DNA from: a bacterium
GTDB lineage: Bacteria; Joyebacterota; Joyebacteria; Joyebacterales; Joyebacteraceae
Length of the DNA stretch: 64,000 nt
Assembly: GCA_025774935.1 (NCBI GenBank)
Contig: JALGZK010000017.1
Coordinates: 3,308 to 67,307 of the forward strand
Direction: 5' to 3'
The notes below the pieces were generated by a model. It was not told the DNA's origin, made no database searches, and was given only the letters and a program-made list of their open reading frames with translations. The translations under genes were made by a program, and so were the position numbers. This document shows positions 9,326-18,610 of this stretch, one piece after another (position 1 is the stretch's first letter; every line of letters starts with the position of its first letter).

Positions 9326-9402
9326 TGGTGGGCGAAACAGGACTCGAACCTGTGGCCCCCTGCGTGTAAGGCAGGTGCTCTAGCCAACTGAGCTATTCGC
9401 CC
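9326..9402 (-). tRNA. tRNA-Val(TAC)
   Basis: GGGCGAATAGCTCAGTTGGCTAGAGCA...CCTGC-CTTACAC-GCAGG...GGTTCGAGTCC...TTCGCCCACCA; 77 nt with encoded CCA. Confidence 0.97.
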
Positions 9403-9592
9403 GGTCCTCGTCCGCCCCGTCTGCCGAGCGTGCCGGCCGGCCGCCCAGCATGATCCCGAGCGGAATCGCCACGCAGTACCCGACCACGAGGAGGATCGGG
9501 GCCAGCGTGAGCGACCCGGCCGCGAGCGTGAAATAGCCGGCGGCGATCAGCAGGATCCCGCAGGCGAACACTATGAGGTTCTTGGTCGACAT
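9380..9592 (-). CDS. Small two-helix membrane protein (DUF3098-like)
   Basis: KNLIVFACGILLIAAGY...SLTLAPILLVVGYCVAIPLGI; stop codon lies inside the tRNA gene. Confidence 0.7.
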   Translation of the reverse strand: MSTKNLIVFACGILLIAAGYFTLAAGSLTLAPILLVVGYCVAIPLGIMLGGRPARSADGADEDRANSSVG

Positions 9593-9662
9593 CTAGACGA
9601 CCCCGGAAGTAGCGGCCCTCGATGCCCGAGCGCCTGCCCTGCCGATTCCTGCCCGACGGTGC

Positions 9663-9691
9663 AACCTATCAACCGCCTTCACCACTGTCAA
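9663..9691 (-). promoter_or_regulatory. Sigma70 promoter for the small membrane protein and tRNA-Val
   Basis: TTGACA-17 nt-TAGGTT with extended -10 TG. Confidence 0.55.
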
Positions 9692-10826
9692 GCGAAAACT
9701 CCCCTGTTTCCGGGCCTTTCGGGACACTCTGGCGGTTGATTCGCTCCCGAGCCCGCACGTGCTCGTTGAAGGTCCTGGTGAAGGTGTGCGTGCCATCCCC
9801 GTTGGCCACGAAGAAGAAATCGTCGCTCCCACGAAGCGGATAGAGCGCGGCTTCGATCGACGCGCGTCCGGGATTCGAGATCGGGCCGGGCGGGAGTCCC
9901 GTGTTCCGGTAGGTGTTGTACGGAGACTCCGCCCTGAGATCCCCGTAGTAGAGCTTCCTGCGGTAGTTCCCCGTCGCGTACCTGACGGTCGGGTCCGCCT
10001 CGAGCCGCCACCCGCTCTCGAGCCGGTTGTGATAGACCGCCGAGATCCGGCTGCGCTCCCTGTCAAACATCGCCTCCGCCTCGATGATCGACGCCAGGGT
10101 GAGGACCTCGAGTTCGCTCATGCCCAGGCTCTCAGCGCGTGCCGCCCTCCGTTCGTCGAAGACCCGCCGGGTCTGCGCGACCATGATCCTGATCGCGTCC
10201 CGTCCCGTTGTGTTCAGCCTCATCCTGTAGGTGTCGGGGTGCAGGTAGCCCTCTAGTGATGGTGCCGTGATGCCGAGCTCGGTGATGAAGTCGGGGTCGT
10301 GAACGAGGTCCATGAACTCGCCGGCATCGATGCCGAGCGCGCTGTCGAGGAGCGCGGCGATCTCGGCCGCCCGGTAGCCTTCGGGAATCGTCAGATGCCG
10401 CCCGGCCACCTCGCCGTACCTGAGCGCCATCAGCACGTCGAGCTCCGAGAACTGGGGACCGAACTCGTACGCGCCTGCCTGGAGTCTGTCGGTGAACCTG
10501 AACACGCGCGCGGCCAGGACGAACTTGCCCGCGTCGCCCACGAGACCCGCGTCCTCGAGGATGCCCGCGATCTCCCGGACGCTCGCGCCCTCGGGGACCT
10601 CCACGAGAATCCGCGCGTCCGTCTCGTGAACCGAGAGGAGCCAGTGCACCTGGCTGAAGACCGCGAGCAGGAAGAGCCCGGTGACCACCACGGCCAGCGC
10701 GTCGCGAACGAACCAGAAGCGCCCGTAGCGTCCGCGGTGCTTGACCTCGGCGGCACGACGGCGCGCCGGTCGGCTCTCCTCTCTCCTTCTGTCGGTACCT
10801 TCCGCCAACACTGTCTCTCCGCTCAC
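9669..10826 (-). CDS. mltG: Endolytic transglycosylase MltG (YceG)
   Basis: TIPEG, LEGYLHPDTY, LASIIEAEA, SPYNTYRNTGLPPGPISNPG; start uncertain (GTG overlapping the upstream TGA was chosen). Confidence 0.92.
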   Translation of the reverse strand: MSGETVLAEGTDRRREESRPARRRAAEVKHRGRYGRFWFVRDALAVVVTGLFLLAVFSQVHWLLSVHETDARILVEVPEGASVREIAGILEDAGLVGDAGKFVLAARVFRFTDRLQAGAYEFGPQFSELDVLMALRYGEVAGRHLTIPEGYRAAEIAALLDSALGIDAGEFMDLVHDPDFITELGITAPSLEGYLHPDTYRMRLNTTGRDAIRIMVAQTRRVFDERRAARAESLGMSELEVLTLASIIEAEAMFDRERSRISAVYHNRLESGWRLEADPTVRYATGNYRRKLYYGDLRAESPYNTYRNTGLPPGPISNPGRASIEAALYPLRGSDDFFFVANGDGTHTFTRTFNEHVRARERINRQSVPKGPETGEFSLDSGEGG

Positions 10827-12223
10827 GGGCCCTTCGGCCTCGCGCCGGCTTCGTCGAGATAGCCCTGCAGGATCACGGACGCGGCGATCTGGTCGACGCG
10901 CCCCTTGCGGCCGCGCGACCTCTCGCCACGCTCCCTCATCACGCGCTCCGCCTCCGCGCTCGAGAGGCGCTCGTCCCGGAGGACGACTCGCGCCCGGGCG
11001 GCGTCCTCGATTGCGACGGCGAGCTCCCGGGCGCGGACCGCCCTCGGGCCGACGCTCCCGTCCATCCGGATCGGGTAGCCGACCACGACCGTGTCGGCGT
11101 CGTGCTCCCGGACGACCTCGGCCACGGCAGCAGCGACGGCGCGGTCGCCCTCCATCTCGAGGGTCGGAAGGGGACTCGCGAGCAGCCTCCCCTCGTCGCT
11201 CAGGGCAAGCCCCACTCGGGCCTCGCCGGGATCGACGCCCACGGCCCTCCGCGACTCGCCGTCGGGGAACCGCAGAAGCGAGAGGAGGCCGGCGAAGTCG
11301 TCGGGCAGTGGCGCTGCGAACCGCATCGACTCGCCCGACGCAGGATGCTCGAAGGCGAGACCTCGTGCGTGGAGCGCCTGCCTCAGAGCGGCCGCGTTCA
11401 GTCTCTTCGCGTCGCGGCGGAAGTGCGGAGGGACGTCTGCGAACGACTTCCGCACGCCGCCGTAGTCGGCGTCCCCGACCACGGGGTGATGGAGGTGCGC
11501 CACGTGGACGCGGATCTGGTGCGTCCGGCCGGTCCGGGGACTGAGCTCCACCAGGCTCGCCACCGGGTACTCCTCCCTCGCCTTCCAGCCGGTGACCGCG
11601 TCGCGTCCGTCGGTCGTCACCCACATGCGCTTCCTGTCGGACCGGCGGCGCCCGACGGGCTCGTCGATCGTGCCCTCGGTCCCGCCGAGACTGCCCCACA
11701 GGATCGCGAGGTAGCGCTTGCTCACGCGCCGTTCCTGGAACGCCTCCGCGAGCGCGCGGTGTGCGGCGTCGTTCTTCGCGACGACGATGACTCCCGAGGT
11801 GTCTCTGTCCAGCCGGTGGACGATCCCCGGGCGAAGGGCGCCGCCCGCTTCGGAGAGCGCCGCGCCGCGGCCGAGGAGCGCGTTCACGAGCGTCCCCGAC
11901 GCCGCGCCGGGCGCTGGGTGAACGACCATGCCCGCTGGCTTGTTCACCACGACGATGTCGTCGTCCTCGTACAGCACGTCGAGCGGGATGTCCTCGGGGT
12001 CGGCGCGGAGCGCCTCGAACTCGGGGACGTCGGCCTCGATCACGTCGCCGGGCGCGATCCGCGCGCTCGGCTTCGCCTGCTCGCCGTTCAGCGTGACCAG
12101 GCCCGCGAGGATGATCTCCTTGGCCCGGGTCCTCGAGAGCGAGGGCGTCTGTTCGCCAAGGAAGTGATCGAGCCTGTCCGTCGGTGCGTCGTCGGGGACC
12201 ACGAGGACGATCCGGCTCTTCAT
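10823..12223 (-). CDS. Fusion of RluD-family pseudouridine synthase with YqgF/RuvX nuclease
   Basis: S4 domain, HRLDRDTSG, TGRTHQIRVH and QALHA, then in frame AVGVDPGEARVGLALSD...VVVGYP...DERLSS...VDQIAASVILQGYLD; ATGA overlap with lspA. Confidence 0.9.
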   Translation of the reverse strand: MKSRIVLVVPDDAPTDRLDHFLGEQTPSLSRTRAKEIILAGLVTLNGEQAKPSARIAPGDVIEADVPEFEALRADPEDIPLDVLYEDDDIVVVNKPAGMVVHPAPGAASGTLVNALLGRGAALSEAGGALRPGIVHRLDRDTSGVIVVAKNDAAHRALAEAFQERRVSKRYLAILWGSLGGTEGTIDEPVGRRRSDRKRMWVTTDGRDAVTGWKAREEYPVASLVELSPRTGRTHQIRVHVAHLHHPVVGDADYGGVRKSFADVPPHFRRDAKRLNAAALRQALHARGLAFEHPASGESMRFAAPLPDDFAGLLSLLRFPDGESRRAVGVDPGEARVGLALSDEGRLLASPLPTLEMEGDRAVAAAVAEVVREHDADTVVVGYPIRMDGSVGPRAVRARELAVAIEDAARARVVLRDERLSSAEAERVMRERGERSRGRKGRVDQIAASVILQGYLDEAGARPKGP

Positions 12224-12795
12224 GACGAGTCCCGGTCGGAGGGCGCGTCGAGGCGCGGGTCGGGCGCCCCGCCCCCGTCGAGCACGGGTCGGGAGAAGAA
12301 CACGAGGTTGACGGCCAGCAGGATGACGCCGACCGTGATGGCGCTGTCGGCGATGTTGAAGGCGGGCCACCTGAGCTCGCCGAACCCGAAGTCCAGGAAG
12401 TCGACGACGGCGCCGGAACGCACGCGGTCGATGAGGTTCCCGACGGCGCCGCCCAGGACGAGCCCGAAGGCGAGCTGCTCCCAGCGCTTCATGCGGGCGA
12501 TCTCGCGCCTGAACGCGATGATCGCGATGGCGGCGGCGAGCGAGATGACGATAAACCACGTGCCGCGGCCCCGGAACATCCCGAAGGCCGCGCCCGTGTT
12601 CTCGGTTCGTGTCAGGCGGAAGAACGAGCCCCAGACGTCCACGGACTCGCCCATACGCATTGTGCGGACGACCAGCCCCTTGACGATGCGATCGGACACG
12701 ACGATGACGAGGGCGGTCGCGAACAGCCTGAGCTGCGCGCCGACGACGCCCCGACGAATCGGGGCGGCCGCCGGGCTAGCGCTCGAGCGATCCAT
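12220..12795 (-). CDS. lspA: Lipoprotein signal peptidase II
   Basis: NTGAAFG, GNLIDR, VVDFLD, FNIADSAI. Confidence 0.95.
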   Translation of the reverse strand: MDRSSASPAAAPIRRGVVGAQLRLFATALVIVVSDRIVKGLVVRTMRMGESVDVWGSFFRLTRTENTGAAFGMFRGRGTWFIVISLAAAIAIIAFRREIARMKRWEQLAFGLVLGGAVGNLIDRVRSGAVVDFLDFGFGELRWPAFNIADSAITVGVILLAVNLVFFSRPVLDGGGAPDPRLDAPSDRDSS

Positions 12796-13159
12796 TCTCC
12801 TCGGCCTTCTTGCAATCGATGCAGAGGCGCGCGTGCGGCACGACCTCTAGCCGCGGCTTCTGGATCTGCTTGCCGCAACCGAGGCAGCACCCGTACGTCC
12901 CGTCCCTGAGCCGCGCGATCGCCTCGTCGATATGATAGAGGAGCCTGCCCTCGGCGGACGCCATGTGGTACGCCTTCTCCCTCTCTTCGGCATCGCTGGC
13001 CTGATCCGCCATGTGCACCGAGTAGGCGGAGAGATCGCCCGCCGCGTCCCGTTGCGAGTTGTTGAAGATCTTGTCCTCGAAGTGGCCGAGTTCCTTCATC
13101 AGCTTCAGCCGCTCCTCGATGAGCCGCTCCTCGAAGTGCTTGATGTCCCTCTTGTTCAC
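12776..13159 (-). CDS. DksA/TraR C4 zinc-finger protein
   Basis: HMADQASD coiled-coil tip; YGCCLGCG...RLCIDC. Confidence 0.9.
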   Translation of the reverse strand: MNKRDIKHFEERLIEERLKLMKELGHFEDKIFNNSQRDAAGDLSAYSVHMADQASDAEEREKAYHMASAEGRLLYHIDEAIARLRDGTYGCCLGCGKQIQKPRLEVVPHARLCIDCKKAEENGSLER

Positions 13160-13202
13160 TTTTCACCTCCGGCGCGAGAGCTCCGGGGTCTCCCCGGCCG
13201 CC

Positions 13203-16200
13203 TCACTCAGACCGCGCCACGGCGATCCTCGCCCGTTCACCGTTCACGTCCCATTCACGCTCGAGGTCGCCAGCCTCCTTGCTCTCGACGATGCTCTCCG
13301 CCAGCGTCTCCTTCGCGACTCGCGCCGCGAAGCACTCCATTGCCGCCTTGAGCCTCGGCCCCGCCTCGTAGTAGACGTGGATCCTGTCCACAACGTCGAA
13401 GCCGGCCTCCTTCCTCATGAACTGTATCTTGTTGATCATCTCACGCGCGAACCCCTCGTCCCTCAGCTCGTCGGTGATCTCGGTGTCGAGCCCCACGGTG
13501 AGGTCGCCGTCGGACTGGACAGCGAGCCCCTCCCTCGCCACGCTCTCGATCTCGACGTCCGAGGGCTCGACGACCGCGACGTCCTCACCCACGGGCACGT
13601 TCACGTTCGAACCTCCGCCGAGCGCCGCGACGTCCTCGGGAGGCATGCTCTTGATCGCCTCCGCGACGACGTTCACGTCCTTCCCGTGCTTCGGCCCGAG
13701 AGCGGGGAAGACCGGCACCGCTCTGAGCTGCGAGAGGTCGTCGCCCTCCGCCCACACGAGCTCCTTCACGTTCAGCTCCGCAAGGATGAGCTCCGAGAGC
13801 GCGGCCACGCCCTCCCTCCGCTCCTCCGCGACGCCCGCAACGTGGATCGTCGAGAGGGGCTGCCTCACCTTGAGCCCGACCGCGTTCCTCGCGGCCCGCC
13901 CGAGGACTACCACCGACCTCGCCGCCTCCATCGCGGCCTCGAGCTCCTCGTCGATCGCCCCGGCCTCCGGGAAGTCGCAGAGGTGCACGCTCGCAGGACC
14001 CTCGAGATTCCCGCCCTCACGGAGCCTGCGGTAGACCGCGTCCGAGAGGAACGGCGCCGCGGGGGCCATGGCCTTCGCCGTCGCGAGGAGCGCCTCGTGG
14101 AGCGTCGAGTAGGCCGACATCTTGTCCTCGTCCATCTCGCCCTTCCAGAACCGGGAACGCGACAGCCGCACGTACCAGTTCGAAAGGTCCTCGATGACGA
14201 ACGTCTGGAGCCTCCTTACCGCCTTCGTGATGTCGTACGACTCCATGCTCGCCCGCGCCGCCGCGATCGCGCTCGCCGTGCGCGAAGCGATCCAGCGGTC
14301 GATCACGGGTCGCCGCTCGGGCGGCACGGAGTGCTCAGACGGGTCGAACCCGTCGATATTCGCATAGAGCGAAAAGAAGCTGTAGGTGTTCCTGAGAGTG
14401 TCCAGGAACCTGCCCGCGACCTCCTTCGGGCCGTTCTCGTCGAACCGGGTCGCGAGCCACGGCGGACTCGTGGACATGAGGTACCAACGGAGCGCGTCGG
14501 CACCGTCCCGATCCATGATCGCGAACGAGTCGGCGATGTTGCCGACCGACTTCGACATCTTCTTGCCCTCGATGTCGAGAACCATGTCGTTCACGACGCA
14601 GCGCTTGAACGACGACTGGCCGGAGATGATCGTGGAGATCGCGAGGAGCGAGTAGAACCACCCGCGCGTCTGGTCGACGCCCTCGGCGATGAAGTCGGCC
14701 GGGAAGTGCGTCTCGAACACCTCCTCGTTCTCGAACGGCCAGTGGAACTGCGCGTACGGCATGCTCCCCGTGTCGAACCAGCAGTCGATCACCTCGGGCG
14801 TCCGGGTCATCACGCCCCCACACTTCCCGCACGAGAGCTTGACCTCGTCGACCCAAGGCTTGTGGAGGTCGATGTCGTCGTGGAACCCCTCGACGGCCCT
14901 CTCCCCGAGCTCCGCGACGCTCCCGACGCTCGTCCTCTCCCCGCACGCGTCGCAGATCCAGATGTTCAGAGGCGTGCCCCAGTACCGGTCTCGCGAGACC
15001 GCCCAGTCGACGTTGTTCTCGAGCCAGTCCCCGAGACGGTTCAGGCCGATCTCCTTCGGGTGCCAGTCGATCTCGCGGTTGATCCTGAGCATGTCGTCCT
15101 TGAACTGCGTCGTCTTCACGTACCAGGAGTTCCTCGCGTAATACACCAGCGGCGAGTCGCACCGCCAGCAGAACGGATACGTGTGCACGATCGTCCCGCT
15201 CTTGTAGAGGAGGCCGCGCTCCTCGAGGTCCTCGAGGATCAGGGGGTCCGCGTCCTTGATGAACATCCCGGCCCAGGGCTTCACCTCAGCCGTGAGCTTC
15301 CCCGCCTCGTCGACGGGCTGCACGAACGGCAGGTCGTGTTCCCTCCCGACGCGGTAGTCGTCCTCGCCGAACGCGGGCGCGACGTGAACGATGCCCGTGC
15401 CGTCCTCGAGCGTGACGAAGTCGCCGCTCAGAACGTAGTGGCCCTTCTTGTCAACGGGCACGAACGAGTAGAGCGGCTCGTACTCCTTCCCCATGAGGTC
15501 GAGACCCATGCACCTGTCGACGACCTCGTGGTCCTCCTCGATCACGGAGAGGAGCGCCTCTGCCAGGATGAGGTTCTCGTCCCCGACCTTCACCTTGACG
15601 TAGTTCTCTGTCGGGGCGACGGCGAGTGCGACGTTCGAGATGAGCGTCCACGGCGTCGTCGTCCAGACGAGGAACGACGTGTCGGGCTCGTCCTTGAGAC
15701 GCATCCTCACGAAGACCGATGGGTCCTTCGCGTCGGCGTAGCCCTGCGCGACCTCGTGGCTCGAGAGCGGCGTCCCGCAGCGCGGGCAGTACGGGAGGAT
15801 CTTGTGGCCGAGATAGATGAGGTCCCGGTCCCACATGTTCTTGAGGATGTGCCAGACGGACTCGATGTAGTCGTTCGTGCAGGTGACGTACGGATCCGAG
15901 AGATCGATCCAGTACGCCATGCGCCTGGTGAGGCGGTCCCACTCGTCCTTGTACACGAAGACGCTCGAGCGGCAGCTTGCCGCGAACTCGGCGACGCCGT
16001 AGTCCTCGATGTCGTCCTTCGTCTCGAGTCCGAGTTGCTTCTCCACTTCGATCTCGACGGGGAGACCGTGCGTGTCCCAGCCGGCCTTCCGTTCGACGAG
16101 GTGGCCGGTCATCGTCTTGTAGCGACAGACGATGTCCTTGACCGTCCGGGCGAGAACGTGGTGCGCCCCCGGGTGTCCGTTCGCGGTGGGCGGCCCCTCA

Positions 16201-16334
16201 TAGAAGACAAACCGGGGCGCTCCCGAGCGTCCGGTGACGCTCTCCTGGAAGGTCCCCTCGGCCTCCCAGCGCTCGAGCGTCTCAACCTCGAGCTCCGGGA
16301 GCGACTGCCCTTTTGGAAACTCTCTGTAAGGCAT
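13203..16334 (-). CDS. ileS: Isoleucyl-tRNA synthetase, type 2
   Basis: EGPPTANGHPGAHH, WTTTPWTL, SRDRYWG, DQTRGWF, KMSKS; no C-terminal zinc finger; ATG at 16334. Confidence 0.97.
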   Translation of the reverse strand: MPYREFPKGQSLPELEVETLERWEAEGTFQESVTGRSGAPRFVFYEGPPTANGHPGAHHVLARTVKDIVCRYKTMTGHLVERKAGWDTHGLPVEIEVEKQLGLETKDDIEDYGVAEFAASCRSSVFVYKDEWDRLTRRMAYWIDLSDPYVTCTNDYIESVWHILKNMWDRDLIYLGHKILPYCPRCGTPLSSHEVAQGYADAKDPSVFVRMRLKDEPDTSFLVWTTTPWTLISNVALAVAPTENYVKVKVGDENLILAEALLSVIEEDHEVVDRCMGLDLMGKEYEPLYSFVPVDKKGHYVLSGDFVTLEDGTGIVHVAPAFGEDDYRVGREHDLPFVQPVDEAGKLTAEVKPWAGMFIKDADPLILEDLEERGLLYKSGTIVHTYPFCWRCDSPLVYYARNSWYVKTTQFKDDMLRINREIDWHPKEIGLNRLGDWLENNVDWAVSRDRYWGTPLNIWICDACGERTSVGSVAELGERAVEGFHDDIDLHKPWVDEVKLSCGKCGGVMTRTPEVIDCWFDTGSMPYAQFHWPFENEEVFETHFPADFIAEGVDQTRGWFYSLLAISTIISGQSSFKRCVVNDMVLDIEGKKMSKSVGNIADSFAIMDRDGADALRWYLMSTSPPWLATRFDENGPKEVAGRFLDTLRNTYSFFSLYANIDGFDPSEHSVPPERRPVIDRWIASRTASAIAAARASMESYDITKAVRRLQTFVIEDLSNWYVRLSRSRFWKGEMDEDKMSAYSTLHEALLATAKAMAPAAPFLSDAVYRRLREGGNLEGPASVHLCDFPEAGAIDEELEAAMEAARSVVVLGRAARNAVGLKVRQPLSTIHVAGVAEERREGVAALSELILAELNVKELVWAEGDDLSQLRAVPVFPALGPKHGKDVNVVAEAIKSMPPEDVAALGGGSNVNVPVGEDVAVVEPSDVEIESVAREGLAVQSDGDLTVGLDTEITDELRDEGFAREMINKIQFMRKEAGFDVVDRIHVYYEAGPRLKAAMECFAARVAKETLAESIVESKEAGDLEREWDVNGERARIAVARSE

Positions 16335-16413
16335 TCTCTGTCTCTCCCCCGTCGGGGGGCCGTCCGTACCGGCGAGGCGCCCCGACGAATCGTCGGGCGC
16401 CTTGCGGGCCCGA

Positions 16414-17244
16414 CTACATCTCGGCAATCATCCTGAACACGAGTTGCGTGAGGTTCGGTTCGGCCTTGCGCGCGATCTTGAGAATCTCGCGGTGGCTCGC
16501 GGGCTCTAGCGCGTCCGGCAGGCACAGGTCGGTCACGACCGCGAAGCCCGCGACGCGCATCTTCCCGTGGATCGCGACGATGTTCTCGGCGACCATCGAC
16601 ATGCTGACGACGTCGCCGCCGATCATTCTGAGGAACCTGTACTCCGCGGCCGTCTCGAGATTGGGCCCCGCGACCCCGATGAAGACACCCTTCCGCAGCT
16701 GGATCTTCTCGTCGAGCGCGATCTCCTCGGCGAGCTTCACGTACTCGCGGTCGTAGGGCTGGGACATGTCGGGGAACCGCGGACCCAGACTATCGTCGTT
16801 CGGTCCGATGAGCGGGTTGTCGCCCGTGAGGTTGATCTGGTCGACGATCGCGACGATGTCGCCCTTCTCGTGGAGGGGGTTCATTCCGCCCGCCGCGCAC
16901 GTCAGGATGAGCTTCCGCGCTCCCAGCGCCCTCAGGACGCGGATCGGGAAGGTCACCTCCTGCATCGTGTAGCCCTCGTAGTAATGGACGCGGCCGTTCA
17001 TGAGGGCGACGCGCTTCCGGCCGATCTTCCCGAGCACGAGCTCGCCGGCGTGCCCCTCGACACCCGACTTCGGGAAGTGCGGGATCTTGTCGAAGGGGAT
17101 CGTCGCCTCGACCTCCATGTGGCTCGACAGGTTCCCGAGGCCGCTTCCGAGAACCACTGCGACCTGGGGCTTCAGGGCCGTCTTCTTCCTTATGAAGGAG
17201 ACGGCCTTGTCGATCTTCTGCGAGAGCGTCAGCGTTTTGGCCAT
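16414..17244 (-). CDS. punA: Purine nucleoside phosphorylase (trimeric type)
   Basis: VVLGSGLG, GRVHYYEGY, GPRFPDMS, GPNLETAAE. Confidence 0.93.
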   Translation of the reverse strand: MAKTLTLSQKIDKAVSFIRKKTALKPQVAVVLGSGLGNLSSHMEVEATIPFDKIPHFPKSGVEGHAGELVLGKIGRKRVALMNGRVHYYEGYTMQEVTFPIRVLRALGARKLILTCAAGGMNPLHEKGDIVAIVDQINLTGDNPLIGPNDDSLGPRFPDMSQPYDREYVKLAEEIALDEKIQLRKGVFIGVAGPNLETAAEYRFLRMIGGDVVSMSMVAENIVAIHGKMRVAGFAVVTDLCLPDALEPASHREILKIARKAEPNLTQLVFRMIAEM

Positions 17245-17302
17245 TCTTCCACCTCCGCGCCGGGGTGCTACGCCCGGCTGCTGCGCCGGAGTGCCGCCCC
17301 GG

Positions 17303-17605
17303 CTACTGCGCCCGCTCCGCGAGCTGGTAGAGCGTGCGCACGAGGAACTTCTGCACGAAGTAGAGCGCGAAGAACGCGATGATCGGCGACAGGTCGAACC
17401 CGCCCTGGACGAGAATCGGGAATCTCCTTCTGAGCCTCCCGAGGAGCGGTTCGGTGATCCGCCTCAGGAAGAGCACGATCGGGTGCATCGACCTCGGCGC
17501 AAACCACGACACCACGACCACCGCAAAGATCGCGAGGATGTAGAGGAAGACCGCGATGTCGATGATCTGCGCGAGCGCGCTCAGGAGGTTCGCCAGCACG
17601 AACAT
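17303..17605 (-). CDS. yggT: YggT family membrane protein
   Basis: ITEPLL...DLSPIIA; adjacent to yggS. Confidence 0.88.
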   Translation of the reverse strand: MFVLANLLSALAQIIDIAVFLYILAIFAVVVVSWFAPRSMHPIVLFLRRITEPLLGRLRRRFPILVQGGFDLSPIIAFFALYFVQKFLVRTLYQLAERAQ

Positions 17606-17648
17606 CCGCCCTCCTCCGTCGGCCGTCCGGCGTCAGCGCGCCGGCCCT

Positions 17649-18335
17649 TCAGCCCCTCTCGCCGAAGATCGCCCGGCCGACCCGCACGATCGTGGCGCCC
17701 TCCTCGATCGCGACCTCGAAGTCGTTCGTCATCCCCATCGACAGGTGCTCCATCGAGACGCCCGGGATGACCCTCTCCTCGATCTCATTCCTGATCTCAC
17801 GAAGCTCCCGGAAGCAGGGCCTGACGTCCTCCGGATCGGGCAGGAAGGCTCCGATCGTCATGAGGCCCCGGATGGCGAGGCCGCGGAGATCGGCCATCTC
17901 CTCGACGGCGGCCATGACCTCCCCCGGCGGGAGCCCGTACTTCGTTTCCTCGCCGGAGGTGTTCACCTCGACGAGGACGTCGATCATCGTCCCCCGGGCC
18001 TCGCAGCGCGTGGAGATCTCGCGCGCGAGACGGAGGCTGTCGACCGACTGGATCATGTCGAAGAGCTCGAGCGCCTTCTTGACCTTGTTGGTCTGAAGAT
18101 GCCCGACGAGGTGCTTCTCGACCGACGGCAGGTCTTCCCCGAGCTTCCGCTCGGCCTCCTGCACGCGGTTCTCGCCGATGCAGGTGACGCCGGCCTCGAT
18201 GGCCTCCACGATCTTCGGAAGCTCGACCGTCTTCGTCACAGCGACGAGGGCGACCTCCTCCGGATCGCGAAGGGCCCGTTCGGCCGCAGCTGCGATCCGC
18301 TCCCGCACGTGGAGAACGTTCTCGTGAATGCCCAT
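17649..18335 (-). CDS. yggS: PLP homeostasis protein YggS
   Basis: LVAVTKT, GENRVQE, GHLQTNK, LSMGMTND, VRVGRAIFG. Confidence 0.95.
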   Translation of the reverse strand: MGIHENVLHVRERIAAAAERALRDPEEVALVAVTKTVELPKIVEAIEAGVTCIGENRVQEAERKLGEDLPSVEKHLVGHLQTNKVKKALELFDMIQSVDSLRLAREISTRCEARGTMIDVLVEVNTSGEETKYGLPPGEVMAAVEEMADLRGLAIRGLMTIGAFLPDPEDVRPCFRELREIRNEIEERVIPGVSMEHLSMGMTNDFEVAIEEGATIVRVGRAIFGERG

Positions 18336-18377
18336 GCCCGGGACGTCCCCCCGGTCAGCCCTCGTTGTGAACCATGT

Positions 18378-18406
18378 ATTATAGCCGCCGGTCCGGCGAA
18401 CGGCAA
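18378..18406 (-). promoter_or_regulatory. Sigma70 promoter of the yggS-ileS-mltG operon
   Basis: TTGCCG-17 nt-TATAAT. Confidence 0.6.
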
Positions 18407-18610
18407 CGTCAAACCGGCGCGTCCGGTCGGGCCCTGGAAGCCACGAAAGGCCCTAAACATGGGCCCGTTCCGGTCTCCGGACCCCCCGCGGCGCCGGATG
18501 CGGCTTGTGCATGAGGCCCCCTCGTGGTACTCTCGTTGGGCTGCGCCGCGCTCACTCGCGGCGTGACTCACGTCCGAATCCCTGCGACCGTCGACCCCGA
18601 GGAGCGACGA

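Noticed and set aside
9669..11699. Long N-terminal extensions in the ORF track (mltG, birA, mce, BCCP, icmA, liuC and others) suggesting fusions
   Set aside because: The extensions are low-complexity off-frame reads overlapping upstream genes; internal starts with RBS or stop-start overlaps explain the real genes.
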